This document shows, one piece after another, positions 9,801-20,314 of a DNA stretch of 51,192 bases; position 1 is the stretch's first letter; every line of letters begins with the position of its first letter. A program made the position numbers and the translations under genes. Source of the stretch: a virus. Lineage: Duplodnaviria > Heunggongvirae > Uroviricota > Caudoviricetes. The stretch lies in IMG/VR virus record IMGVR_UViG_2627854098_000004; one strand, 5' to 3'. Below the pieces are notes generated by a model. That model had not been told where the DNA came from, searched no databases, and saw only the letters and a program-made list of their open reading frames with translations.

Positions 9801-10527
9801 GAATGCGCCCGCGAAGATGATAATTACGGCTCACCTGCTGGCTGCCGAACTGCTCCGAGTCCACCTGTACGCCGACCAGTGCCGTGTTCGGGTAGCACTG
9901 TTTCACATCGATGATTTCGGTGTATGACGACCAGAGCGTTTTGTTCTGCAACTGGTCTGTGGTGCTGTCCGGCGTCATCCTGCGCATCCGGATATTAAAC
10001 GGGCGCGGCGGCAGGTTATCCACCACCACCGAGGCCAGATACTGCGACGTGGTTTTGCCCTTAATGGTGATGTCTTTTTCCGTCACCCAGCCACCGTTAC
10101 GTTGAATCTGAACCAGCAGGCGGACTTCCGATGGATTCCTGTCCCCCTTTGAGGTGGTTTCCACCAGTGCCTGCACGCCGAAAGTAAAACGCAGACGGTC
10201 AATGTTTGCCGACGTGATGGTCCGGGTGATCGGCGTGTCATATTTCACTTCTGTACCGAGCACCGTCTCGGAGCCGGAGGATTCAAATCCCTCCGGCGGT
10301 GTCTGCTCCTGCTCACCGGCCCGGAACACCACCGTGACGCCGAATATATTGGTATTCCCCTCACTGTCCAGCACCGGCGTACTGTTCAGCAGCACGCTTT
10401 TTAATCCATCCACCGGACCTTCAACCGGCCCTTCGCTGATGGCGTCTATCACGCTCAGCATCTGGGATGATTTCAGGTTGTCCTTCGCTTCGCGCGGGGT
10501 ATGCCCCTTACTGCTGCCTTTACCCAT
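6828..10527 (-). pseudogene. J: tail tip/host-specificity protein J, split by a frameshift in a homopolymer at 8274-8279
   Basis: ORFs 8188..10527 (lambda J-like N-terminal 740 aa) and 6828..8324 (J C-terminal part) overlap; the reading frames join at the plus-strand T6 run 8274-8279 (A6 in the coding sense); removing one base restores [17 protein letters not shown]. Confidence 0.8.
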
Positions 10528-10540
10528 TCCTCATGCTCCA

Positions 10541-10569
10541 TAAACGATAAAACCGCCCGGAGGCGGTTT
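10541..10569 (-). terminator. hairpin with following U-run in the 60-nt I-J spacer (possible attenuator)
   Basis: On the - strand AAACCGCC-TCCG-GGCGGTTT followed by TATCGTTTATGG, between the I stop (10588) and the J start (10527). Confidence 0.3.
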
Positions 10570-10587
10570 CACATAAAACATTTTGCA

Positions 10588-11260
10588 TCAGCGACCAATC
10601 ACCACAACCTGACCACCATCCCCTTCGTCTGCCGTGCTGATCTCCTGAGAAACCACGCGTGACCCCACGCGCATTTCACCGTACAGAACCGGCAGAACAT
10701 TGCCCTGGGCAACCATGTTATCCAGTGAGGAGAAATAGGTGTTCTGTTTGCCGTTATCCGTTGTCTGTGTACGGGGAGTTCTGGCTTTCGGTGCCAGCAT
10801 CTGCGCCACACCACCGAGCACCATACTGGCACCGAGAGAAAACAGGATGCCGGTCATACCACCGGCCCCAATGGCTGCCCCCCATGCTGCAAGGGTGGCT
10901 CCGGCGGTAAAGAATGATCCGGCAATGGCGGCAGCCCCCAGGACAATCTGGAATACGCCACCTGACTTGGCCCCGGCGACTCTGGGAACAATATGAATCA
11001 CAGCGCCATCAGGCAGAGTCTCATGTAACTGCGCCGTTAACCCGGACGTGCTGACGTCCCGCCCGGCAATCCGTACCTGATACCAGCCGTCGCTCAGTTT
11101 CTGACGAAACGCCGGGAGCTGTGTGGCCAGCGCCCGAATGGCTTCAGCCCCCGTTTTCACACGAAGGTCGAGTGCGGCGGCCAAATCGTTGTAAATCCCC
11201 GTAAAGGCAGATGCGCGCCATGCCCGGTGACGCCAGAGGGAGTGTGTGCGTCGCTGCCAT
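10588..11260 (-). pseudogene. I: tail tip assembly protein I with a +1 insertion about 29 codons in (near 11172)
   Basis: I-body ORF 10588..11184 (lambda I-like); the I N-terminus MAATHTLPLASPGMARICLYGDLQRFGRR lies in the K frame starting at 11260; gene span is 673 nt against 672 expected. Confidence 0.6.
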
Positions 11261-11902
11261 TTGTCGGTATAACCTCTCTCGTTTGCTCAGTTGTTCAGGA
11301 ATATGGTGCAGCAGCTCGCCATCACCACAGTAAATGGCGGCATGATTCGGCACCGATGAACCAAAACAGCACAGCAGCACATCGCCCGGTTGTGCTGATG
11401 ACAACGGCACCTGATACAGCCCTGTGGCCTCCAGATTATCCAGATAGAGATTCTGGCCGTTACGCCACCAGTCATCCTCACGATAAAAGTCCGGCATCTC
11501 AATCCCCGCCAGATGATAAGCATCCCGGAACAGTGTGTAACAGTCCGTCACACCGTGCTCAAAGCGCCGCCCGGTGAGATGCGGCACACAGCGGAACTTA
11601 TGAATCGTCCCCCGGCAGACCAGCCACCACGGCAAATCACTCTGCACCTGCAGCCGCCGGTCGGCCTCACTCAGCCAGGGCAGACCACCGGGGTGGCTGT
11701 GGACCAGCGCCACAATCTCACCCTGCATTTCTGCCTGCAGCCAGTCTTCCGGCGACATACGGAAATACGCCTCCGGCTCACCGGAGATATTCACGCAGGG
11801 GAAATATCTTTCCCCCTCCGGCGTGCTTACCACGAAGCCGCACGACTCCGCTGGCGCACATCGCCGGGCGTGCGCCAGAATCGCTGATTCTGTCTGTGTC
11901 AT
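11144..11902 (-). CDS. K: tail tip assembly protein K (MPN/JAMM HSHPGG motif plus NlpC/P60-like Cys-His-His); C-terminus altered by frameshift
   Basis: 252-aa ORF starting 5 nt after the L stop; a lambda-type frame would end at 11159-11157; here an extra base near 11271 shifts the C-terminal about 40 residues into the I-start frame. Confidence 0.65.
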   Translation of the reverse strand: MTQTESAILAHARRCAPAESCGFVVSTPEGERYFPCVNISGEPEAYFRMSPEDWLQAEMQGEIVALVHSHPGGLPWLSEADRRLQVQSDLPWWLVCRGTIHKFRCVPHLTGRRFEHGVTDCYTLFRDAYHLAGIEMPDFYREDDWWRNGQNLYLDNLEATGLYQVPLSSAQPGDVLLCCFGSSVPNHAAIYCGDGELLHHIPEQLSKRERLYRQMAATHTLPLASPGMARICLYGDLQRFGRRTRPSCENGG

Positions 11903-11907
11903 GGGAT

Positions 11908-12606
11908 TTACTGCGAAAGTTTGTTAATGGAAAGGAAGCCGCCAAAGTTGCCGACGTTATTGCGGAACTTACAACCGCTCAGGCATTTGCTGCATTTATC
12001 CTTCGTGATATCGGACGTTGGCTGGTCATATTCATCCGCGACAGCCGGACCGCTATAACCGCACTCGTCACCGCGATAGGTCCAGGTGCAGGTGTTGGCC
12101 AGCATGATACGTCCCGGAAAAACAGCGCCATCCGTTTCCGTCGGCGTGGACAGTACAAAGGAGGCACTCACCGCGCTCAGTTCGCTGCACTGCTCAATGC
12201 GCCAGCGGCTGATCACCTCCTGCTCCGGATCGGCGTCACTGTTTCCGTTGACGAAGTTCACCGCATCCAGAAAACGGGCGTAAACCTTACGCCGGACCAC
12301 CGTTCCGCCGACCAGACTCTGCAGATCTTCCGCCATCCCTGTGACCATACCGTACAGGTTAGAAACCGTCAGCGTGGGGCGCGTACTGGTGCCTTTGCCA
12401 TTCAGTTCAAAACCGCTCCCCTGAATGGGATACGGCTGATACTGTCGCCCCTGCCAGGTGACCGGCTCACCTTTTTCGTTCTGCTCATTACAGAAAAAAT
12501 AACGTTCTCCACCGACCTCTGTCAGGTCGATTTCCCAGAGCACCACGCTGGCCGACTGCTCCGCACGGGTGCATTCATTCAGTGTTTCCTGCCGGATATC
12601 CTGCAT
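11908..12606 (-). CDS. L: tail tip assembly protein L
   Basis: 232 aa; near-identical to lambda gpL; ATGA overlap with the M stop. Confidence 0.9.
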   Translation of the reverse strand: MQDIRQETLNECTRAEQSASVVLWEIDLTEVGGERYFFCNEQNEKGEPVTWQGRQYQPYPIQGSGFELNGKGTSTRPTLTVSNLYGMVTGMAEDLQSLVGGTVVRRKVYARFLDAVNFVNGNSDADPEQEVISRWRIEQCSELSAVSASFVLSTPTETDGAVFPGRIMLANTCTWTYRGDECGYSGPAVADEYDQPTSDITKDKCSKCLSGCKFRNNVGNFGGFLSINKLSQ

Positions 12607-12935
12607 CAGTTCACCACCTGTTCAAACTCTGCGCTGAACTCAACACGCAGCATACTGACCCGCGACGACCATTTTGCGCAGGTCACCTTTATCTGCCGCC
12701 ACTCATAAGGCGGCGTCCACAGAAAGGCTTTCCAGCCCCCGTGCTCTTCCAGAAACAACTCCAGTACCGTGGCCTCCTCACGGGGGACAGAAAGCGTCAC
12801 GCTGTACGTTTTCAGGTTGGCATTCAGCCCGGCAGGCGCTCGCTGGGAATAGCCATCACCAAAGCGCACCTTTCTTACAGAAGGGACCGAAGCCACATCC
12901 ATACCGGGTTTCACTTTCCAGCGGAAGGTCTTCAT
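12606..12935 (-). CDS. M: tail tip assembly protein M
   Basis: 109 aa; near-identical to lambda gpM. Confidence 0.9.
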   Translation of the reverse strand: MKTFRWKVKPGMDVASVPSVRKVRFGDGYSQRAPAGLNANLKTYSVTLSVPREEATVLELFLEEHGGWKAFLWTPPYEWRQIKVTCAKWSSRVSMLRVEFSAEFEQVVN

Positions 12936-15496
12936 CGTCCACCTCCGGAGAACAGGCCACCATCACGCATCTGTGTCTGAATTTCATCACGGGCACCCTT
13001 GCGGGCCATGTCATACACTGCTTTCATCATCTGTGGACCTGGCAGACCATTCGTACCGTCGTTCTGAATCACCACGTTGTTGTTCTGCTCAAACCTGATA
13101 CCCTCTGAACGCCGCATTTGCGCCGGACTTCCGGTGCCACCGACATAACCGCCGGTGGCATAGCCGCGCATCAGCCGGTAGAGATTTCCCACGCCAATCC
13201 GGCTGGTTGCCTCCTTCGTGAAGACAAATTCACCACGGTGAACAATCCCCGCTGGCTCATATTTGCCGCCGGTTCCCGTAAATCCTCCGGTTGCAAAATG
13301 GAATTTCGCCGCAGCGGCCTGAATGGCTGTACCGCCTGACGCGGATGCGCCGCCACCAACAGCCCCGCCAATGGCGCTGCCGATACTCCCGACAATCCCC
13401 ACCATTGCCTGCTTAAGCAGAATTTCTGTCATCATGGACAGCACGGAACGGGTGAAGCTGCGCCAGTTCTGCTCACTGCCGGTCAGCATCGCCGCCATAT
13501 TCTGTGCAATACCATCAAAGGTCTGCGTGGCTGCACTTTTAACCTGCGACATACTGTCCGTGGCGCTCTCTTCCCACTCACTCCAGCCGGACTTCAGGCC
13601 TGCCATCCAGTTCCCGCGAAGCTGGTCTTCAGCCGCCCAGGTCTTTTTCTGCTCTGACATGACGTTATTCAGCGCCAGCGGATTATCGCCATACTGTTCC
13701 TTCAGGCGCTGTTCTGTGGCTTCCCGCGCTGCCTGCCGGTCAGTCAGCCCCCGGTTTTTCGCATCAATGGCGGCCCGTTTTGCCCGTTGCTGCTGTGCGA
13801 ATTTATCCGCCTGCTGCGCCAGCGCGTTCAGGCGCTCCTGATACGTAACCTTGTCGCCAAGTGCAGCCAGCTGGCGTTTGTACTCCAGCGTCTCATCTTT
13901 ATGCGCCAGCAGGGATTTCTCCTGTGCAGACAGCTGGCGACGTTGCGCCGCCTCCTCCAGTACCGCGAACTGACTCTCCGCCTTCCACAAATCCCGGCGC
14001 TGCTGGCTGATTTTCTCATTCGCTCCGGCATGCTTCTCCAGCGTCCGGAGTTCTGCCTGAAGCGTCAGCAGGGCAGCATGAGCACTGTCTTCCTGACGAT
14101 CGCCCGCAGACACCTTCACGCCGGACTGTTTCGGCGTTTTTCAGCGTCGCTTCATTAATCCTTTTTCGCCGCCGCCATCAGCGTGTTGTAATCCGCCTGC
14201 AGGATTTTCCCGTCTTTCAGTGCCTTATTCAGTTCTTCCTGACGGGCGGTATATTTCTCCAGCGGCGTCTGCAGCCGTTCGTAAGCCTTCTGCGCCTCTT
14301 CGGTATATTTCAGCCGTGACGCTTCGGTATCGCTCTGCTGCTGCGCATTTTTGTCCTGTTGAGTCTGCTGCTCAGCCTTCTTTCGGGCGGCTTCAAGCGC
14401 AAGACGGGCCTTTTCACGATCATCCCAGTAACGCGCCCGCGCTTCATCGTTAACAAAATAATCATCCTTGCGCAGATTCCAGATGTCGTCTGCTTTCTTA
14501 AACGCAGCCTCTGCCTTAATCAGCATCTCCTGCGCGGTATCAGGACGACCAATATCCAGCACCGCATCCCACATGGATTTGAATGCCCGCGCTGTCCTGT
14601 CTGCCCAGGTCTCCAGCGTGCCCATGTTCTCTTTCAGGCGGCGGGTCTGGTCATCAAACCCTTTCGTCGCGGCCTCGTTCGCCGCCTGCAATGCCCCGGC
14701 CTCTTCGCCGGAACGCTGCAACTGAGCAACATACGCAATCTGCTCCGCCGTCACGTTATGGAACTGGCGCGCCATCGCTGTCAGCCCCGACGTCGGGTCA
14801 GTGGTCAGCTTCCCGAAGGCTTCAGCGACCTTGTCCACCTCCACGCCGGATGCAGAGGAGAAACGCGCCACACTCTGGCTGATGGACGCAATCTGAGCCT
14901 CACCGCTTACCCCCGCCTTAACCAGTGCGCTGAGTGACTCGCTGGTCTGGTTAAACGTCAGCCCTGCCGCCTGCCCGGCTCTGGACAGGACCAGCATGCG
15001 ATCTGCCGTCAGACCCGACTGATTGCCGGAAAGGACCAGCGTTTTGTTGAAATCGGACAGGGTTGAGTTGCCCTGATACCAGGCATACGCCAGCGCACCG
15101 GTCGCCACCGCCAGCGAGGTGGCCCCCACCATCGGCAGGGTGATCGCACCGGCAAGCCCCCTGAACATGGGGATCATCCCGCCGAAGGAGTCCTTAACCT
15201 GACCACCCTGTTGCAGCAGGATCAGCCACGGACTTTGCCCGCCTGCAAGCTGCGTGGCCACGTCGGTGAACTGTGCAGGCAGCATACGCATGGCGGCTTT
15301 ATACTGCCCGACGGAAATCCCCGCTTTCTGTGCAGCCAGCGCCTGTCGGCCTCAGCGACTGTTCAACGACTGCCGCTGTTTTTTTCGCATCACTTTCCGT
15401 ACCGGAAAAATGACGCCTGACTCTGGCCATCTGCTCGTCAAATCTGGCCGCATCCAGACTTAAATCAACGACCAGATCGCCTACCGGTTCAGCCAT
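12932..15496 (-). pseudogene. H: tape measure protein H, broken into three ORFs by three +1 insertions
   Basis: ORFs 15299..15496 (H N-terminus, 65 aa), 14155..15291 (378 aa) and 12932..14119 (395 aa) are colinear with lambda gpH (853 aa); span is 2565 nt against 2562 expected; first and last ORFs share a frame, the middle 1.2 kb is +1. Confidence 0.8.
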
Positions 15497-15923
15497 ACCG
15501 GACTCCTCCTGCGATCCCTTCTGATACTGTCATCAGCATTACGTCATCCTCCGTCATGCCCGCCATATCCGGGGAAGCGGGGATAACTTCATTTCCGTCC
15601 GGGTCAAAGCGGACGCCTCCGGTAAGCCCTGCCGCTTTCTGCATCAGCACATCATCTTCAGGCTCTTCGTCATCCTCACGCCGGTTCAGCAAACTGAAAT
15701 CCAGCGGATGCATATCCGGATCGCTGAAAAACAGGCTGAGCACAGTGTACGTCAGCCCGGAAAAGTGCATATCCAGCAGAACATCATGAAAATAATGGGT
15801 ACTGTAAAAGCGGTGCCAGTCGGCATACTCCGTGGATGACATCCCGGCAAGCATGGCGCGCCAGTCAGGTCGCCCCATCTCTCGCGCCAGTTTCAGGGCA
15901 AAACTCAGCTCACCGTCGAACAC
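15489..15923 (-). CDS. T: T portion of the tail assembly chaperone G-T (made by programmed -1 frameshift from G)
   Basis: T ORF 15489..15923 overlaps the end of G; near-identical to lambda gpT. Confidence 0.85.
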   Translation of the reverse strand: MFDGELSFALKLAREMGRPDWRAMLAGMSSTEYADWHRFYSTHYFHDVLLDMHFSGLTYTVLSLFFSDPDMHPLDFSLLNRREDDEEPEDDVLMQKAAGLTGGVRFDPDGNEVIPASPDMAGMTEDDVMLMTVSEGIAGGVRYG

Positions 15924-16327
15924 TTTCCCGCAGAAACAGGCTCTGCAGGCCCGGAGTCCTCTGCCTGGTCAGGGGCATCATTCACCACAAACCCATACAT
16001 ACCGGACAGCCGGTACACCACGTTTTCAGCATGAGAAATTGCCTCCGCGGGCCAGGTGGTAAGCACTTCCTGCTCAATCTGTTTAACGGCTTCATTCATG
16101 GAAGGCTGCTTTGTCTTCTGCGGATGGTTATGCCACAGGGACATCGCCACCACAAAAGCACCGGTTCTGATGGCGTCTTCCACAGTAACCTGCCGGTTGC
16201 TGTCTGACTCCGCCTGTTCTGCCTGCTGTTTCATCAGGGCGAGATGCTCAATACGCTGCAGGGCTGACAGTTCAGAAAGCGTGACGGTCACGCCGTTATG
16301 TTCAAATGATTCGGTTTTCAGGAACAT
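15905..16327 (-). CDS. G: tail assembly chaperone G
   Basis: 140 aa; near-identical to lambda gpG. Confidence 0.9.
   Translation of the reverse strand: MFLKTESFEHNGVTVTLSELSALQRIEHLALMKQQAEQAESDSNRQVTVEDAIRTGAFVVAMSLWHNHPQKTKQPSMNEAVKQIEQEVLTTWPAEAISHAENVVYRLSGMYGFVVNDAPDQAEDSGPAEPVSAGKCSTVS
15923..15929 (-). promoter_or_regulatory. programmed -1 ribosomal frameshift slippery heptamer GGGAAAG (G to G-T)
   Basis: The - strand reads GCG GGA AAG TGT ... in the G frame; a -1 shift gives GGG AAA GTG TTC GAC GGT, which is the start of the T ORF. Confidence 0.8.
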
Positions 16328-16342
16328 CGCTGACTCTCCGGA

Positions 16343-17083
16343 TTAACTGTCGGTGACAGTGATTTCTGCAACCGCAGCAAGTTCACCATTACCGGATACA
16401 ACCGGAATGTTGACCTTGCCTGCAGCAACGCCGTTCACGGTGATGGTCATACCACTGACCGACACGGTGGCTTTTGTTTTATCCGCTGACACCGCACGGA
16501 AGCTCTTGTCAGTTGCGCCCTCCGGCTGGAAGGCCACGGTCAGCGTGGTGCTCTGCCCTTTCACCACCGAGGAGCTGGCAGGCGTCACGGTCATACCGGT
16601 TGCCGCCGTCACCGTACTGCGATCTTCTGCCATTGACGGACGGCCCACATTGGTGACCTTCACCGTACGGGTGATCACTTCCTTCGCCGTCACCGCCTTA
16701 CCGATACTGCTGACCCAGCCACGGAACACATCGACCGTGCCGTTCGGGAAGCGGATTTTATAGGCACGGGTATCACCTTCATTAAACCACGCCAGCAGCG
16801 CCTGCTGCCCCTGCTCTCCGGGCATCCACGCCAGCGTGAAGCTGGTATCTCCGGCGGATTTCTGCCCCTGCCCGGTCGCGGTCCAGTCCGCATCTTCATC
16901 ATCGAGATAACTGTCGTCATAGGACTCAGCGGTCAGTTCGCCGGGCGTCAGGTCTTTAATTTTTGCCAGACGCGACCAGTCATTGTCTGAAAGCGGGTTT
17001 GCATAAGGGTCGCCGCTCCCGTTATAAACCCACAGTGTGGTCCCGGCCCCTTTCACCGGTGCCAGAGGATTTGGTGTTGGCAT
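16343..17083 (-). CDS. V: major tail protein V
   Basis: ORF 16343..17113; start ATG 17083-17081 gives [14 protein letters not shown], lambda gpV-like. Confidence 0.9.
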   Translation of the reverse strand: MPTPNPLAPVKGAGTTLWVYNGSGDPYANPLSDNDWSRLAKIKDLTPGELTAESYDDSYLDDEDADWTATGQGQKSAGDTSFTLAWMPGEQGQQALLAWFNEGDTRAYKIRFPNGTVDVFRGWVSSIGKAVTAKEVITRTVKVTNVGRPSMAEDRSTVTAATGMTVTPASSSVVKGQSTTLTVAFQPEGATDKSFRAVSADKTKATVSVSGMTITVNGVAAGKVNIPVVSGNGELAAVAEITVTDS

Positions 17084-17090
17084 ATCGTCC

Positions 17091-17486
17091 TCACATTTCA
17101 TAGGTAATGACATAAGTCAGATCGGCTGAACTCCACAGGCCCGCATCATCGTCGCGCCGGTAGTCATAGCCACTGGCCACCATACTGGTGATCAAATCTG
17201 ACAGTGCCGGGATATCGCTCATCACCGGATAAATCCGGGACTCCATCCACGAATCCAGCTCTGAATCCGGCACCTGAGCAGGCAGGAAAACTTCAATATG
17301 CAGCTCCGCCTGCCAGGTATCGCTGTCCAGCTCTTCGCCCGTGTATTCAGCGCCGGTGAGATAAACGGCAATTGCCGGAAAATCTTCCTCATCAAAAACA
17401 GCAGGGCGACCATCAAAAAGCGTCGCCCCGGTGTCATGCTTCTCCAGTGCATCCAGTACGGCTGCACGGAGTTCAGTATGTTTCAT
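17091..17486 (-). CDS. U: tail terminator protein U
   Basis: 131 aa; near-identical to lambda gpU. Confidence 0.9.
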   Translation of the reverse strand: MKHTELRAAVLDALEKHDTGATLFDGRPAVFDEEDFPAIAVYLTGAEYTGEELDSDTWQAELHIEVFLPAQVPDSELDSWMESRIYPVMSDIPALSDLITSMVASGYDYRRDDDAGLWSSADLTYVITYEM

Positions 17487-18061
17487 CGCTTTATTACCAT
17501 TCTCAGTTGATGCTGCAGCGCATAGCCCAGCTCTTTCGGAAGACGCTCACGCCGTATCCGCTCAATATTCTGTTTAAACGCCGTGGTCAGCGGCACCGCC
17601 ATCGGGATTTTCACCACATCAATGGGGTAACGGTTTTTCCCGGCCACACGCTGCATGACATGCCACCGGCCATTTTTCAGTTGCTGAATAAACGCGCCGG
17701 GAATACGACGGTTTCCCACCACAAGCACGCTGCCGCCACCTTTCAGGGATGAACGCTGCCCCTTTTTACGACGCCTGCGTCGGGACAGGACAACCCGCGC
17801 GTTACCCAGCCTGATTACGGGCAAATCCCCCCGGTTAACTTTGATTCTGGCCTGCGGATTTTTGACCGTGGCCCTTTTCAGCCTGGCCCTTTCCTTTACC
17901 AGTTTCCGGCGTACCTTTGTCTCACGGGCAACCAGTGACGCCGACTGCGATATCGCGGATGAAGCAACGCGGTTAATGGCCATTGCGGCGGCACCAGGCA
18001 CTGCCGTTTTGCTGATACGGCTGAGGTTTTCAACGGCCTGCTCAAGACCTTTTATGGCCAT
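17483..18061 (-). CDS. Z: tail completion protein Z
   Basis: ORF 17483..18127; start at the internal ATG 18061 (MAIKGLEQ), matching lambda gpZ. Confidence 0.9.
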   Translation of the reverse strand: MAIKGLEQAVENLSRISKTAVPGAAAMAINRVASSAISQSASLVARETKVRRKLVKERARLKRATVKNPQARIKVNRGDLPVIRLGNARVVLSRRRRRKKGQRSSLKGGGSVLVVGNRRIPGAFIQQLKNGRWHVMQRVAGKNRYPIDVVKIPMAVPLTTAFKQNIERIRRERLPKELGYALQHQLRMVIKR

Positions 18062-18072
18062 ACATCCCCCTT

Positions 18073-18426
18073 TCAGCGGCGACGGCTGGCGGCAGGTGGT
18101 TGCCCCCGGTTGAGCCAGAGATAACAACTCCCTCCGTCATCCGGAGAAACACGGTCCACCCAGAACATCTCGCCGTTAATGGTCAGCGTGTCACCACGCC
18201 GTACAGCACAAACCGTATCCGTAAGCACAAATAATGACGGGTTACTTCCTTCAATACGGATCCCACTACTGGCAAAACCCAGCGACTCCGGATCGTCAAA
18301 AACGCCATGAACCTCGCCGCCACGCTGTGCACCGGAGGTGAACTGCGCACTGATGCCCATCACTTCAACAATCGTACTGTCCACCCCGGCAAGGGCGGCA
18401 TCAAAGGCATTCTGAAAATCACGCAT
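18073..18426 (-). CDS. FII: head-tail joining protein FII
   Basis: ORF 18073..18462; lambda-like start MRDFQNAFDAA at 18426. Confidence 0.85.
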   Translation of the reverse strand: MRDFQNAFDAALAGVDSTIVEVMGISAQFTSGAQRGGEVHGVFDDPESLGFASSGIRIEGSNPSLFVLTDTVCAVRRGDTLTINGEMFWVDRVSPDDGGSCYLWLNRGQPPAASRRR

Positions 18427-18793
18427 AAACAGCCATTCCACCATCAACGTGTGTTTTTGCATCTGAGGACATAATCAGAATCACCCGACCAACATCCGCA
18501 AGCTCAACGGATTCCCCCGTTTCACCATCAACGCCACAGAGATGGAGGCAGGTCAGAACTCTGATGCGCGTTAACGCGCCGGATGTTTCCTCACGAACAT
18601 CATGAGCCGCGGTTTCCCGCTCCCGGATATCCATATTCATAACCTGTACATCATCGCCGGATGACTGCATTTCCTCTTCCCATTCTGCCACCCGCTGCGC
18701 TATCTCTGCGGCACTCCCGGATATATCCGGCTCACGCCCCAGAATCAGGGCCAGTTCATCAAGCCGTTTCAGATTTTGCTCTTTCGTTGCCAT
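18419..18793 (-). CDS. FI: DNA packaging protein FI
   Basis: ORF 18419..18841; start ATG 18793 (MATKEQNLKRL) with RBS AGGGGG. Confidence 0.75.
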   Translation of the reverse strand: MATKEQNLKRLDELALILGREPDISGSAAEIAQRVAEWEEEMQSSGDDVQVMNMDIRERETAAHDVREETSGALTRIRVLTCLHLCGVDGETGESVELADVGRVILIMSSDAKTHVDGGMAVYA

Positions 18794-18806
18794 ATCAGCC
18801 CCCTGT

Positions 18807-18836
18807 GAAAAAAGACACGGGGGCATTTCGCCCCCG
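18807..18836 (-). terminator. hairpin plus U-run between E and FI (possible partial terminator after the major capsid gene)
   Basis: On the - strand CGGGGGC-GAAAT-GCCCCCG followed by TGTCTTTTTTC. Confidence 0.45.
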
Positions 18837-18844
18837 CTCACGGA

Positions 18845-19873
18845 TTATTTCACCTGTACCACCACAAACTCATCCGGGTCCGGCAACACCATCAGCGGCG
18901 CGGACTGCGTCATGGTAAATTCACGGGCGGGATCCCCTACCGTCAGCCAGTGTTTCGGATAACGGGAAGAGGCCACCACACCTTCGGACAACGCCTGAGC
19001 ATCCTGAATGGCACCGTAACAACGGATCCCATCTGCAGCAGTATTCCCCAGAACCAGCATGCCATCTGGAAGATAACGTTTTTCGATACCGTCTTCTGCT
19101 ATATAAGACGTTTTCGCCACCACAATGGCCAGATCGCCGTAATACCCCTTGAAGGACACCACTGCGCCCAGATCTTTCACTGCCGTTTCGAGTTGAGAAT
19201 TTGAACCGCGACGGGTATCCAGTTTTTCGCGGAACAGCTTAAAACCATTCAGAAGACGCCAGACGGTACCGTCCATAATGGCAATATTCACAAGACCGCT
19301 GGCCAGGTCGCAGTAGAGGTCAATATCATGTGTAGGATCGAACGTGTCACGATCCTGTTTTGACCACTCCTTACCACTACCCTGAGTGATGTTATTCTTC
19401 GTCGACCTGCCAAAATCGACCTCAATTTTCTCGAACTGGTCTCCTTCCATGGTGTATTTGCCATACAACACAGCATTTACCGCCTGCATTTCTTCCACCT
19501 GGACAATCGCGTGCTCTTCCTGTTTGAGGTTATCGGTAATGATACGCAGACGGCGGTAAGCCGGATCATTCAGTTGAGATGGATCTTCACCAGGAAGGCG
19601 CTCAACCGCCTGCTGGTAATTAAATTCGTGTTTCGGCTTGACGTAGCCCGGACGCAACACGCGGGTTTCACCACCACGATGACGCAGCACTTTTCCTTCA
19701 ACAACCGGGGAGACATAGGCCGCCACCGGCGTTTTTCCGGTAATTTTGTCCAGCATCACCTCTTCGGTATGGAAATTCACCGTACGGCGGAAAAACAGCT
19801 CCAGAAACAGCGCACGAAATTTAACTTTTTGTTCGGTATAACCGAGTAACTGGCGGGTCGTAAACAATCCCAT
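18845..19873 (-). CDS. E: major capsid protein E
   Basis: 342 aa; near-identical to lambda gpE. Confidence 0.9.
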   Translation of the reverse strand: MGLFTTRQLLGYTEQKVKFRALFLELFFRRTVNFHTEEVMLDKITGKTPVAAYVSPVVEGKVLRHRGGETRVLRPGYVKPKHEFNYQQAVERLPGEDPSQLNDPAYRRLRIITDNLKQEEHAIVQVEEMQAVNAVLYGKYTMEGDQFEKIEVDFGRSTKNNITQGSGKEWSKQDRDTFDPTHDIDLYCDLASGLVNIAIMDGTVWRLLNGFKLFREKLDTRRGSNSQLETAVKDLGAVVSFKGYYGDLAIVVAKTSYIAEDGIEKRYLPDGMLVLGNTAADGIRCYGAIQDAQALSEGVVASSRYPKHWLTVGDPAREFTMTQSAPLMVLPDPDEFVVVQVK

Positions 19874-19930
19874 AAATCAGTTCCTTTCATTCAGAAATCA
19901 GTCAGGCCACCGCGGTGGCCTGATAACGTG

Positions 19931-20278
19931 TTACGGCAGCGCCGCGTGACTCAGGGCACTGCCAGCAAAGGCGTTGGCCTTTTTGTGTTCATCCACACTT
20001 TCAGGCCAGTGGATTGCCTCCGTCGCAAAGGTTCCCGACTTGTAATACGTCAGCGCCGTCTCTGTGCCTTCAAGCGGCAGTACCAGTATGCCAACCGCAC
20101 TACCGGCTTTCTGTCCGTCCCAGACCACCAGTTTCCCGGTGGCTTCATCCAGCATCAGGGGCGTCAGTGCCGGTGTTGGCGAGGAAATCCCGCTGCTGCC
20201 TGTGGCGGTATGAGCCGGATCATTACCGGCAAAAATACGTACTTCCGCACGCTGTTCAGTGATGGTTTTCGTCACCAT
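19931..20278 (-). CDS. D: head decoration protein D
   Basis: 115 aa; lambda gpD-like (NDPAHTAT, YKSGTF motifs). Confidence 0.85.
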   Translation of the reverse strand: MVTKTITEQRAEVRIFAGNDPAHTATGSSGISSPTPALTPLMLDEATGKLVVWDGQKAGSAVGILVLPLEGTETALTYYKSGTFATEAIHWPESVDEHKKANAFAGSALSHAALP

Positions 20279-20314
20279 ATTGTAAAAACCTCCTATTGAT
20301 GGTCAGCACTGACT

